DNA from: Camelus ferus | Lineage: Eukaryota | NCBI RefSeq assembly: GCF_009834535.1 | Contig: NC_045697.1 | Span: 102,550,001 to 102,614,000, forward strand | Direction: 5' to 3' | Length of the DNA: 64,000 bases | In this document: in pieces, positions 35,910 to 49,076 of the stretch | Position numbering within the stretch: position 1 is the stretch's first letter | Layout: each line of letters starts with the position of its first letter | Translations under genes and position numbers: made by a program | The notes under the pieces: model-generated | What the model was told of the DNA's origin: nothing | Seen by the model: only the letters and a program-made list of their open reading frames with translations | Databases searched by the model: none

Positions 35910-38045
35910 TGTTCTGTCAATGTTCTGTTCAGGTTTTTAAAGAAATGCCATGTTCTAACTTAAAACTGCAAAAAAAGTCTGGTAGATACTTTTCTTCCTG
36001 GTTTTTTGAGGCCAGCCTGCCACGTTTGGATTATAACAAAAATATCAGGCCTCTTTGCACTACTGGAAAAGGATCTCCTCGTGACACGTGCACACTCACT
36101 CTAGGTGGTCCTTCTCTAAACATCTGTTCCTCCAGAATCTAAATTGTAGAGTAGGACAGATCATTGCAGCACAGCCCCACTTCCCAAACCTGCTCCTTAC
36201 CTTTAGGAATAGGAGCCTCAATTAAAAAAAAAAAAAAATCAAAGCAAATCTTGTAACTAGTATTTTTCTCATGTTTCAAAGTGAGAGATTTGCAATTAAA
36301 GCACAGTGAGAAACCACGATATAGAAAGGTTGGTTAAGTCCACTGAGCTTGTCTTCCATATATGATTACTAAGTTTCAAGTGACCTCATGCCAAATAGAA
36401 ATGGGTGGACAAATCTTGGTGCAGTGCTGAGGGAACAATAGCCCGCATTAAAAAGTGCATGCATAATTTTGCACAATTTAGATTCAATGGACAGTCTATT
36501 CAAAGACGTCTCAGGATTAAATGAGCATGGAGACCAAATTGCCCTCTTACCCCAGAAAAGGGGTGGTCCTTTCTAGTCACACTCACACTTCATTGGCCCA
36601 ACAGCGTGACAGATCTTGCAGTGAACCCTGCGGTAGCCTGCATCTGTAGGTTAATAGCCGTCTTTTGTCCCCTTTGCTTTCTCTTCATAGCCCTTTGACT
36701 GAATTCCATCACAGAAAGTTTTACAATTAAAAAAAAAAAAAATGTCCTGACAACCATTTTTGTAAATGGACCTTAACCATCGAATCGTCTCTTATTCAAC
36801 GTGGGCGACATTAACAAAATGTGAACTTCTTGTGAGGGAGCCAGCTGTCTAAATCTGTCAGATTGTGCAGTTTTATTACTCCCTGTTTCATAGTTTCACC
36901 GAAAACAATAAGGACCCTGCTAGAGAGTCAGCAAAATCTGAAAAAGCCAGCATTTCTTCTTACATCTTTAATTTTTCCATAGCTCCCTAAAGAAGCTTTC
37001 CAAAAGAAAAGGTGTTCTGTTGCCAGTAGTTCTCCTGCTGAAAAATATCTATATTCAATCAATCAGACCCAGATTGCTTTATACGGCCCTTTCCCAAGTG
37101 AAAGAGTTTCAGATGACTTAGAAAAGCAGAGGTACCCCAGTTATCATTGCCTTTTCTGTCGTGAGTCATTAGACTAAAAGATCAAAATCTTCTAAAAAGG
37201 GGATGGCAAGTTCTGTGGATATTAAACCCCAGCAAAGAAAGGCACTGGAGTCATTTCCTTCTGTTCTTAGCAGAGAAGTAAATAGAGGTGGCTAGTTAAT
37301 TTGCTTGATATTTTTAACTCAGTGATCATTTCCAAAACTCCTTTGACTTTTCTTTCAAGTAGATTTTTTAAAACATGGGACTGAAGAATTATCTTAAATA
37401 ATTCATGAGGAGAGGCAAGCAGGAATCAGTTAAGAAGTATGAGCTAAGGAAAAAGTACAGTTTCATCACACCAATGGCAACTTCTAGTTGCTGTGAAAAG
37501 TATACAATCAAACTGGAAGAGAAATGTCCTTCTAGGGATGCTGGTGTGTGAGATAAAGATCAAACCAAGGCAAAGGAAAATGTAGATCAGCATCCCTTTG
37601 TTCATCCTAGAGCTTTATCTTTGGGGGTCAATTTAATGTGAAATGCTGTCATGGTAGTCATAAAAAGCCAGGGGGAAAACCTTTCTGCCACTGATTCTGC
37701 CAAATTCTTGTTCTGGTCAATAGGACTTCGTTTTCTTGCCAGTTATTTAAGGTAATGAGGAGACAGCTGAATTGGCACATCATTAAAGCAGAAAGAAATG
37801 GAAGTTTTAAGAAACTTGAGTGATGATAAACAGTGCTTCCATCCATACTTTTTCGTCTTGGAATTTTGTTTCAATGTGGCTCTTGTAAAATGCTCTTTTA
37901 TTTTATCACAAAGACTACTCCAAAGTTTTCTCAGATTAGTGGACTGTCTGATAAAGAAAGAGCCAAGAATCCTACACATACAACATATACATACAACCTA
38001 AAGAGAAAACCAGTCTCTCTTCCATTTATAGACTTCAGGCCAGCA

Positions 38046-38046
<1 letters not shown>

Positions 38047-38116
<70 letters not shown>

Positions 38117-38117
38117 T
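38047..38117. repeat. (TTTC)17 microsatellite
   Basis: Perfect tetranucleotide run. Confidence 0.95.
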
Positions 38118-40406
38118 GAATATAATTACATAATAATGTGCTAACAATTTTTAACCTTTTAAAAATATTGTTTTTATCTAAATCATAAACCAAACTATAC
38201 TAAGTATAGAACCTACAGTTAGATGCTACCTCTAGCGTCTTTCAAAGCACACGTTCACTTGAACTTTTATTAGTCTAATATTTTAAGCTTTGAAATATAG
38301 AAGAGAAACCAAGCCTAAATTTTTAAGAAATAAAACAAGGTCTATCATACGCATTTGCAGTTGGCTGATAGATAAATCAAAGTTTCTGAATGTCTCTGTA
38401 GAACGTTATCCATGACATCTATCTTCCTCTCTTTGTCCCTCCCTCTCCTCTTTCCCCACCCCCATATATCCCTCTTCCTTTTAACCTCTCTCTTCTCCTT
38501 TGTTTCTACTGGTTTTGACTAAATAGACCTGTCCTCAGTATACTCATAATGAACATGTCCTCCAGTAGGTTGCTATTGATTTTGCTGGTTATGATTTTTT
38601 CTTTATTTTCCTGAAAAATACCCTCTCTTTTATCACATTGGCTCAGACTGTATATCATAAAGAACAGTAGACAAAGAGGAACATACTAGACTGACCTATC
38701 ATAATCATTGAAAGAAGTAACAAAAAGCATAAATGACTACCAGCCTGGGAGTTCCAGCCCAGCTGGGGTTCCATCTTGGATGCAGGAAAGAGGATCGCTA
38801 GTCAAGAGCACGAACTAACAGTAGGAAACGTTAGCAGCTATTCCTGTCCAAACAACAACCCTCTCTATGGAGTCTATTTTAAGGAAGATTATTCTAAATC
38901 CATGAAGGAAAAATAAGTAGTTCCCCAATGGAGACTTCAGCATCTTCTCTCCCCACCCCTGGGATGAGTCTTGAACTTGCAGAGAACTCAGACTAAAGTT
39001 CCATGCCCAGAACATATACCTAGTTCTTTATTACTCCCAGGACGTCGGTGGGCCTGTTACTGTGAATGTTGGCAGTATCTTTAGCAAACTCCTCTTCAGC
39101 ATATCCTAAAGAAATACATGTTTGCTGTCTTACCTTCTTGCTCTTCATCATACCGACGCAAATCAGTCATACCGCCCGTGATTAATATGATGACAAAGAA
39201 GGCAGGAAACCTAAGAATAAAAGCATTTTGATATTAAAAATATTTAAAACATGACCATAAGAACTGCCAAACACTAATCCTAGCCACCTTTGACACTTCT
39301 TTCTCTTAAACATCTACACATAAGTTTTGGAAATGGTCTTAAAATAACTGTTTAGGAGAATGTGATGGACTCATGAGAGCATGAGGAAGTGTTGGGTCAT
39401 TTTCTTCTCAATCATAGTAGTGGCTATAAAGAGATTTATTCATTTATCAGATTAGCTCTTTTCTTAAATTCTTCATTAAATATGAGCCCAAGATACACCC
39501 ATCATTTGCTTGGCTTTCTTTTGTATAGGTCATCTCTAAGTTGGTTGAAAAAATAAATAAATAACAATCCCTTGTATTAACATAAAGCCTTAGGCCTAAA
39601 ACATGTCCCTGCTTTTTAAGCCAGGGACATATAAAAGAAAGGAAGAAAAGAAAAGAAAGAGAAAAAGGTGCCAACTCAACATGAATTTTAAGGTTACATC
39701 CGAGGTACATCATGGGCATCAAACAGTCAACACCACATTTCAGTCAGGATGTTTTCTTGCATGTGTAGATTGTGTCTGGCTTAAAATCAAAATATGTGTA
39801 TCCATATACAAACTAATTAACAAAAAAATTTTGGTGAGTTATCTCAGCTGACTATAATCTTTTAAGTTAAACATTTTTAGCCTATAGGGTAGAAAGAACA
39901 GAACATTAGCAGTGATGGGAAATTCATCACGGCTAAATATAAAATAAGCTTTGTCTTCAGAGTTAGAAACTATTTCTTATACGTTCCCTTTGCACTAAAA
40001 AATAACCAGCCAGTAGTTTCCATTCACATGAACAACGTGTGATCAGATTTGGTATCAGTTATACCCAAAATGTATGTTTGCTATATCCTTACCTCATGTT
40101 CTTAAAATCAGAGACATAAATTTTATAGACTAAATTAAGAGTTCATGTATAGTAGAACTTAATACTATTAACACATTAATACATTCTGCTCATAATATTA
40201 TTATTGAAAAATTGAGTTGATAACTTTATAAGATATCAGATACTTCCTGTATTCATTATATTTATAGGACATTTTTGGACGTGCATTTCACCAAGAACCA
40301 CATAGTGACAATATAAATGAAATGGAAGCATTATGGGATTTTTGGAGCTTGCTTCGCTAGGACATGCTAAAGACTATTTATTTAAAAGAAACTCACCTAA
40401 TTAGTT

Positions 40407-40557
40407 GGGGGAGGGTATAGCTCAGTGGCAGAGTGCATGCTTGCCATGCACGAGGTCCTGGGTTCAATCTTGGATACCTCCACTAAAAATAATAAATAAA
40501 TAAACCAGATTACCTCCCCTCCCCAAAATAAAAATAAAGCAAAAATTAAATTGAAAG
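40407..40557 (+). mobile_element. tRNA-derived SINE (camelid type, longer tail variant)
   Basis: gggggagggtatagctcagtggcagagtgcatgcttgccatgcacgaggtcctgggttcaatc; TSD aaagaaac(t/c)cacctaa(t/c)tag near 40385 and 40558. Confidence 0.9.
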
Positions 40558-41599
40558 AAAGAAACCCACCTAACTAGAATGAAAAAAAATTATAAAATCA
40601 TTACAATGAATTAGCATAAGAGAAACTTGTAAAGACACCCCGTGTCTTTCCTGGCTTTATCTGTGATTAACTTGGTCCAGTTTTAAAGAATGGTTAACTT
40701 TATCATTCTTCTAACACGTTTTGGTTTTTCTAGTTGTTCATTTTCCTTTAGATTGTTGATAATGAGGGCAATTTGTCCATAACCTTACTCAACAGAAGAT
40801 ATCTTGTTTGGATTTCTGTTAATATGAGGCAGAAGACTATGGGAACAAGTAATAAAAGCAGGTACATGTTTGAGGGAGCAGAGTTAATATATATATACTA
40901 GTTCAAATTTCTATAAATGTTCTGAAAAGCAACACGCAAAGTCATTGGCTCAGATAATCCCTCTACATTTGAAATAACCCGACTTCCTTAACCAAGTTAC
41001 TATACTATTCAGTTCTCTTTGATTGATCTTCTATTTTTCAGCCATCCATTCATTTATTAATTCAACAAATATTTATGGAAGTGCCCAGCATGATTATGTG
41101 CTGTAGAAAAGGCAAGGATGTTTACAGTGGGGATTGTGAGCCCAGCGGGTATGATGAACACATTTGAAGCAAAAGACAATAATCACACCCAGCCAGCTTC
41201 AGATCAGGTCAACGTCAAAATCCAGCAATAATGGTACAGATGGCCTAAAGTACATCTGTGTGTATCTGTATGTGTGCACACACCCATGTATATATATTTA
41301 TCTATCTGTACAAACACTACATATGTATACACACTATCTATGTAATATATAATATATGTATAATGCATATAAATTCTAACAACTGTATTTGTGTTATCTT
41401 TAAAATAGAACAATTGTATCTTGAAGTGATAAATGCAGAGAATTGGTTTTTATTGTTGATCTGTGGATTTAATGATTTTTAGGTGAAAAGGATGTTTAAG
41501 TGTATAATTTCTTCTCTTAATTTAATATATTTATGTAAATGCATGCCTGAAATTTGGTTAGACTGGCTGTGTTTTGTGTCCTTTAACATGATCAAATGC

Positions 41600-41605
41600 A
41601 TTAAA
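41600..41605 (+). terminator. Candidate distal polyadenylation signal ATTAAA
   Basis: Preceded by a U-rich block with TGTA motifs (41500-41590) and followed by GT/T-rich tract; dense repeats begin shortly after. Confidence 0.45.
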
Positions 41606-42559
41606 CTTTATCGTATGACCTGATGTCCATGTGCTATTTTAAAATTCTTTTCTATTTTAGAAATGTTTAGTTTTCCTTAAATACCCATGCTGACTCTACA
41701 AACACTAATATTCTATACCCAAACTACTGTTCAAAATATTCTTGCCTTTTGTCATTTTTCACATTCTAATTTTAAAAATTTACTCCCCAAAATATATGCC
41801 AATGTTGAGGGTCTGTTGCATCGTGTACATATTTTGCAGCCATAAGACACTATATTGATTTAAATTTATTCTAAGTTGCAAATGACTTAAATGTGATCCT
41901 TTCAAGCAAGTACGAATTAATAAGTGAAGAATGTAAAAGAGCAGTTGAGAGTCCTGGGGGCCCAGAGTGAATGGAAGAAGCACATGACAGGGAGAGACAT
42001 GAAAAAAGTGATTGCAGATTCCCTAAAACTGGGTGGACCTTGCCATTTTGTCTCCAGTTAACCCTGCCAAGGGTATTTGTGGAAGGTCAGCTATGCCATT
42101 ATGGACATGAATTTTAAATCTGCCAACATTATATAGAAGAGTGACTTGCTTTCATCTAGATCTCCTTTCTTCCCGAACAACCATATCACTTTGACTCATG
42201 GAGAGGAAAAGCTGTTTCTCCATAAGCGATGAGTGTTTCTAGGAGAAAAGGATGTGTTACAGGTGCTTATTCGCAGAGTCCTTCAACTCAGGTTACTCTC
42301 TAGAAGTTTTAAGTTAGGCAGAGTGACACCATGAAAAGCGTCCCTCAACTCATTCCTTAGTGGCCCAGGGAGCACCAGAAGGCTCTCTCCCTCAAGGACT
42401 GCCCTTCCAGTTCTGAGAATCTGTCCTCGTGGCTTAGCCCTTAATCACAATCTGTTTCCCGTACATGCCCAGTCTCTCCAACCAGATTCTAAATCTCTTA
42501 AGGCCATGTCGTCTACTTCCTGGCAGACCTAGAGCAGCTCTAACATACCTGCCACATGG

Positions 42560-42766
42560 AAACTAATAACATGTATATAAACAGCCTAGAGATGGAAGTG
42601 GTTTTTTTCCCGATGTTAACAATCTCCCTGGATGCCTTCACTATTCCTTGATTGACTTCCCAGCTCTTCCATCATCAGTGTAATCAATTCCCTGCAGTCA
42701 ATTCCCTTTGTTGTAAACACTAGAAGGAAACTTTCTGTTTTCCTTTTTTAGATCCTGATTGATACA
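42560..42766 (+). mobile_element. Possible ancient ERVL-type LTR 3' fragment
   Basis: Ends tttctgttttcc...tcctgattgataca, resembling LTR33/LTR16-class termini; left boundary unclear. Confidence 0.35.
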
Positions 42767-43106
42767 AATATTCATAAGAGTGACACAGACACAGATGAGA
42801 AGAGAGAGAATAGGGTGGAATTACAAAGGGACATGATGAGCTGTCCTTCAGGAGAAGACCTTAAGAAACTGTCGCCTAGAATCCCAACGCGATCACAGCA
42901 AGACGCAGTCAGAGGGACGCTACCTCCAAATCTGATACATGGCCCTTAAATTACACAGGCAGCTTCCAGTGGAAAAGGCCATTCCCCCATCATTGTCATC
43001 AGGAATGTTCACAGCTCACATTTGCACTGTTAAACCTATTGGCGTCCAGTCTGTACAGGAGTCTGACAGCAAATAGGAGAGAGAGTTCTATGGACTTGCT
43101 TCTTTA

Positions 43107-43195
43107 ATTCTTTAATGGAGGTGCTGGGGATCGAACCCAGGCAGGACCTGGTGCATGCTAAGCAAGTGCTCTACCCCTGAGCTACACTCGCCCCC
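43107..43195 (-). mobile_element. tRNA-derived SINE (camelid type)
   Basis: ggaggtgctggggatcgaacccagg...gcatgctaagcaagtgctctacccctgagctac; degenerate TSD. Confidence 0.85.
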
Positions 43196-44477
43196 TGACC
43201 TTGCATCTTTACACTCATTTTTTTTCTTTTTCAGAATTTTATGGATTAATGTATTAGCGCCAATGGAAGTACAACTTCAAATAGCAGCCACACTTAGTAT
43301 CCCATCAGAAAGAAACACAGTTTTTAAAATTTGGAGTTCTGAAAATTCTCTCTGGAGGTTAAATTCTACCATCGTTCAAAGAAATGAAAGGATAAAAGGG
43401 AGATAAGCAATTTGGATGCAATTTATCTTCTGTATTTGCATAATCTGATTTATGTTTGATTTCTGTATGATATTTTCTGTGATTAAAACAAATGGAATTT
43501 TTAAGGGGAGAGGAAGGGGCCAGGAGAGGGAGGGAGACGCCTGGGCAGCACTGACTATAAAACTCATCCTTCTTGGGACTGTGCCCACATCAGAAATTAC
43601 TTGAACTCACTCGTGTAATTTAATAAGATGTCATCAGATCCCTCTGACATATTTATAGCCTTATTTTTAAAACTACTTGAAGCAAAATCCATGTGCTTCG
43701 TGTATAACAATTTAGATTATCATAGACACCCTGTTCTATGATCTTCAGCTACCAAAAGTCATGCACGCCCAGGGTGCTGGTGGGAACCCTGGGCCAGGGC
43801 TGTGAGATGTGGATCCTGGGCATGGCTCTCCAACTGTTTAGCCGGGTGATATTGGGTAAGTCCCTCACTGCACTGGGACCCAGTTTCCTTATGTGTAAAA
43901 TGAGAGTCTTAGGTTCCTTCCAGCTCTAATAGGTATTGTTACTAGGTATTCCTAGTCCGAGGACCCATGTGGACTGCAGATTGGCAATTGCTTATCTTAG
44001 ATAGGAGGCCATTAACGACTTCATTTCATGACTCTGAGGTGGCTAAATAATTAGAAAAGACACTCTTACTCATTTTTCTCCAGTCTCCCAGCCTCCTCTC
44101 CTCTTACTCTCTGTGGTTCTTTGTTGCCTTCTTGGAGGTGTCCTCTGAATTGCCTTTTCCTGTTCCTCCCATCCCAGTGTCATTCATCCTTGAATCCATT
44201 CATGTCTCCTGCAGCTCTTGCTCTAATTTTCTAAACTGCTACCTGATCTATGGGCATCATTTTCTTCACGCTGAAGAAGCACCATCTTACAGGGAGGCTG
44301 CCCCTCCCTCCAGGGTCCTCAATGTCCAGTTTTGCGACTCTTAGAGACATATTTGTCTCTTCCATGAATTGTGTGCCCAAAAGGACTGCTGTAGGCACCA
44401 TACCTGGCTGATAGATACTGCATTCTGGGCAGACATCATCTAAGAGAAAATTCATGATACAGAAGAAAGCATAACCA

Positions 44478-44890
44478 TGCATGCACTGGGTTGCCCTTAC
44501 AAATTGTTACAGCCTGGGTGGCTTAAACAACAGAAATGTATTGTCTCATAATTCTGGAGGCTGGAAGGTTGAAATCAAGGTGTTGGCAGAGTTGGTTCCT
44601 TCTGAGGGCTACGAGGGGAGGATCTGTTCCAGGCTTCTCTTCCTTGGCTCGCAGGTGGCTGTCCTTTTCCTGTGTCTTCACATAGTGTTCTTTTTATCCA
44701 TATTTCTGTGTCTAAGTTTCCCCTTTTTACAAGGACACCAGTCATATTGGGTTAGGGCTTACCCTAATGACCTCATTTTAACTGGGTCACATTCATAAAG
44801 ACCTTGTCTCCAAATAACACATTCTGAGGTCCTGGGGGTTAGGACTCCAACACAGGGATTTTGAGGGGAGCCACAATTCAACCCATAACA
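44478..44890 (-). mobile_element. MLT1 (ERVL-MaLR) solo LTR
   Basis: gggtggcttaaacaacagaaatgtattgtctcataattctggaggctggaag...aaggacaccagtcatattgg...cacaattcaacccataaca. Confidence 0.82.
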
Positions 44891-44939
44891 CCATGCCCCA
44901 GAAATGGCATCAGACGTACTGAGGTCTCATTTTCAGTGT

Positions 44940-45099
44940 CAGTGCTTCTCAAATTTCAGTGTGTCTCCAGTCACCTGGGGACTTTGCTAAAATTCAGAAT
45001 CTGATTCAGTAGGTCTGGGGGTGCCTGTGATTCCACAGCTCTAATAAACTCCCAAGTGATGCTCATGCTGGTCCTTGGGCTTCATTTTGAAAAGCAAGG
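44940..45099. mobile_element. MER5A-like MITE
   Basis: cagtgcttctcaaa...tcacctgggga...ctgattcagtaggtctgggg...ctcccaagtgatgct. Confidence 0.7.
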
Positions 45100-45829
45100 A
45101 TCTAAAGGATGACTTATTGGCTGTTTTTACTTTGAGGACAGAATAGTCATACTGGAAAAGACTGGATGGGAACATGGCTTTCTGACACTAAGAAGGAAAT
45201 GAACACATCCTATGTATATATGTCAGTTCCAGGCTTGCACTTAGTTGAGCAGAAGGTGCAAGATCACAGGGAAGTATTTGTACGTGGAAGTCAGTTATCT
45301 GCACGCTGCTGGAGCTGCTAGCTGTTGCTACTACAGCTGCTGCTGTTTTCAGCAATCGCATCGTGATCACACCAACAAGTACAGTATTTGTTAAGTATGT
45401 TGCAATTCATCTATCTGTTCTAAATAAACTTAAATTGAGTTGCCAAAGCAATGTGCACCATAAATAAAATACATGGTAGCTTTAAACTGTGTCAACTGTG
45501 TCAAGATGGTATGTAGCCCTAATAACAAAGCTATAGAAGATTTCTGTCAAGAGAAAAAAACTTAAACAGGAAAATATCACTATGAGCAAATATATTTGAA
45601 TGAAGCTATAATCCTTGACAAAGTAGACAATGCATTCTGCGTGGAGTTGAATTGAATATAAAGTTTTATGCCTTTATCTTAAAACCAGGATATATTACTT
45701 ACTCATATTACTTTGAGTTGTAAACATGTCTAGAATTATGTCAAAAATGTCTCGGAAGCAACTTTTAGTGCTGTGTGCTAAAGAACAAAACTTACTATCT
45801 GAGTCAGACATTTATTGTAATTTTGAGAG

Positions 45830-45996
45830 CAGAGCCCCTCAATGGAAATTTCTGTGATGATGGAAATGAACTATATCTTCACTGCCCAATATGGTACCAC
45901 TTAGCCATATATGACTATCACGCACTTGAAATGTGGCTAGTGCGACTGAAGAACTGAATGTTTAATTGTAGTTAAATTTAAATTTAAGTTTAAGTT
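45830..45996. mobile_element. MER3-like hAT MITE (truncated)
   Basis: ttctgtgatgatggaaatg...gcacttgaaatgtggctagtgcgactgaagaactgaat. Confidence 0.7.
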
Positions 45997-47427
45997 GCCA
46001 ATAGAAAAATAAGGTGTCTTTTTCTATTGGCCTCTTTAAAAACCAGAGCGAAAGGCAGTTTAGAGAGTTCAGTTACACTGTTTTGGTGATAATCCCTTAT
46101 ATATAATTCACACTGGAAGGTTTCACTTTCCCTTTAACTTTGTTCTGTTTTGATCCCGTAGCTTATTCCAAAAGGTATATCGTACCGACTCTTTCTTCTG
46201 AAATTTTTTACATTGGCCTTTGACCAAAACCAATAAAATTCATAATTCTAGGTATGGTTTTACGGTACAGTCAAAATCTATTATGCGTATGTGGAAACAC
46301 TGTGCTGTGGTCATGTGTATGCACGTCTCTGAGTGTAAACAAATGAAGAAGTAGCACTAAACACACAGAACTGTGGGTGGAGAGCAGTGATGGTGGCTGA
46401 ACCTTGTCCTGTGCCACTGTCCTCTGTGCTAGAGGAAGTACAGTCAGAGGAACCAGGAGCATAAAGTGCCACTATGTGCCTTAATATTTAGTTCTAGAAA
46501 ATTCTCCTGAAAAAGAAGAATTTGGGCGCAATAAGAAGCAATAATTAGAGAGAGAGAAATCAAATCCATTTGGCTGATCTCTAAGATTCAGCTCTAAAAA
46601 CGTCACTGTATGCAACCTGAGGTCACCATCATGGGTGAGCAATAAGTTCCCGCCAACAGGAACTGTAGAGGTCCAAACAGAGAGTGAAGAAAAGGTTGCT
46701 CCCGAAACTGAAGTGGACACAGAAGGCATAAGACAGCAGTGATTCAGCTAAATGAGATGGAAGTAAGTGGGGATAACAGTAACAATACACTTACACAGTG
46801 CTGTGCGCCAGGCACCTATTCTAAGTACTGTCAAAAACTGTGAAGTGTCTGCGACTTCACTCTACTTAGTGAGGTAGACAAGTTAGCCTACCATGACTTC
46901 ATGGATGCTGGTAGATGACAGGAGACCCCTGGGTTAGAGACAAATGACACTTTAGCACTCACAGCAATAGCCATGATTAATAACTGGTCCTCTGAGCCCT
47001 AATCCCTACAGAAAGGGCCAGATGATACTTGCACATGCGGTGGGCTGAGTTTCAGAAGAGGAACTTTGAGCTGAGGGATACCAAATCTTTTTATAACAGA
47101 TGGTAGTCAAACCCACCTGATCTTTGCATTAGAGGGAGAAGTTACCACTACTGTCCCAGGCTGTTTGCTCTGCAATAATCCTGGATAAGATAGTTTAGAA
47201 CAAAAGCATTCAGTGCTTCTGCTCACCAGCAGTGCAGAAACACAAAAGGCCCATGGGAGATTGTCACCCAATGAGCGCCTGACATATATTAACTCCTTTA
47301 ACCTTCTCAACAACCATGTGCAGTAGGTACTTTGACAACACTTTACAAACAAAATGGAAGGCCATAGGGTCCCCATAGCTATTAAGTGGGAGACTGAGGG
47401 CTTGAACCCAGTGATGTGTTTCTGAAG

Positions 47428-48258
47428 CAGCAGTGTCCAACAGAAATCTTATGTCAGCCACATTTAAAATTCTCTAAGAGAAATAAAAATACCACATGCT
47501 ATCACTCATATGTGGAATCTAAAAAAAAAAAAAAAAGGAAAAAAAAGGACACCACAAACTCATCTATGAACAGAAAGAGACTCACAGACATAGAATGGTT
47601 ACCCAGAGAAAGGGGGTGGGAAGGGATAAATTTGGGAGTTTGGGACTTGCAAATATTAGCCACTATATATAAAAATAGAAAAAAAAATTCTTCTATACAC
47701 CACAGAGAACTATATTCAATATCTTGTAATAGCCTTTAATGAAAATGAATATATGTATGTATATGCATGACTGTGACATTGTGCTGTACACCAGAAACTG
47801 ACACATTGTAACTGACTGTAATTCAATAAAAAAAATTTTTTCTAGTAGCCACCTTAAAAAAGTAAACAGGTGAAACTGATTTTAATAATATATTTTATAT
47901 AACTCCATGTACTCAGAATATGATCATTTCAACATATAATCAACATATAAATTATTCATGAAATATTTATATTCTTCACTTGATACTGTCTTTGAAAACC
48001 AACGTATATGCTCCACTTAGAGCACATCCTCATCCAGACACAAAATTTTTATCAAAAATACGTGACAGTTGAAAAGGTAGATTCACACACCTGAGCTGTT
48101 CCAAACACACTTAAAAGTTTTCCAGTAACTGAATCAAGTATCAGCCTTAAAGTCAAATTAATTAGTATTAAGCAAATTACACATTCCATTCCTCAGTCAC
48201 GTAGCCACATTTCAAGTACTCAATAACCATCCCTGGCCTGTGGCTCCTTATTGGACAG
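47428..48258. mobile_element. MER33/Charlie5-like hAT element interrupted by L1
   Basis: Termini gtgtccaacagaaa ... tagccacatttcaagtactcaata...tattggacag. Confidence 0.65.
47477..47834 (+). mobile_element. L1 3' end nested in a MER33-like element
   Basis: tatcactcatatgtggaatct...gactcacagacataga...ctgtacaccagaaactgacacattgtaactgactgtaattcaataaaaaa. Confidence 0.85.
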
Positions 48259-48379
48259 AATACCTTTAGAGCCTGTACAAGGACCTCTTTTCACTCAGCT
48301 CTTCATTCTCATTGTTTAGAGGGATCACAGTTGGTTACTTTATGAGGCCTGCCCTGGAGGGTTGTTGAGAGAGGTAGCG

Positions 48380-48622
48380 AAGGGTGGGCAGTATGGAAGC
48401 TCAGAGCTCACAGTCAGACGGACAGACCCGGTCTGATCTGTGCTCCATCACTTCTTTGTGTCACTTCTCAGCTGTGCTACGATAGACATGATTTCCTAAC
48501 CTCCTGAAACCACAGCTTCTTCACCTTTAAAGGAGGGCAATAATAAGACCCCTGAGGATTAAATGAGGCCATGCCGAGGGTCTGACCCAGCCTTGGCACA
48601 TAGTTCATGCTAAACAAATGTC
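48380..48622 (+). mobile_element. MIR SINE (diverged)
   Basis: taacctcctgaaaccacagcttcttcacctttaaa...gaggattaaatgag...tggcacatagt. Confidence 0.6.
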
Positions 48623-48913
48623 AGTCCTAACTTGGTAACTGGACTAAATTTAATACGTGAGACCAAAAAAAAAAAAAAGTTTAATTGTACATCATTTTAA
48701 GATATCCATTTGCCTCCTGAAGAGAGGCCCCGGTCGCTTAGCTGGGCAGCCCAATGTCACCCTCTAGTGCCAAAAACCTCAAATGGCAGGCATCACCAAC
48801 CAAACCACCAGAACACCAGTCCTCTGAAAGGGTGTGCTCACTTCCTCAACCCCAGATGCTCTGACTGACCCAGATCGCCAATCCCCAGCCCTGAAAGTAG
48901 TGCCCTTTCAGGC

Positions 48914-49076
48914 CAGTGCTTCTCAAACATGTCTTTTTTTACCAGTTACCTGGGGATCTAGGGAAAATCATTTTATGATTCACTACGTATGAAGCAGAGC
49001 CTAAGAGTTTGCATTTCTAATCAGCTTCCAGGCCATCCCAATGTGCCTGCCCCACTGACCCCTCTTTGAGTAGCAA
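48914..49076. mobile_element. MER5A-like MITE
   Basis: cagtgcttctcaaac...tacctggggatct...tgcatttctaatcagcttccagg...ctttgagtagcaa. Confidence 0.6.

Larger units (their letters stand above)
34692..41625 (+). other. HHIP: Putative HHIP 3' UTR (long form; end uncertain)
   Basis: Follows the stop codon; AU-rich and almost free of transposons until about 40.4 kb; candidate poly(A) signals ATTAAA 34747, AATAAA 35904, ATTAAA 41600. The long extent is inferred from composition and the recalled multi-kb human UTR. Confidence 0.5.
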
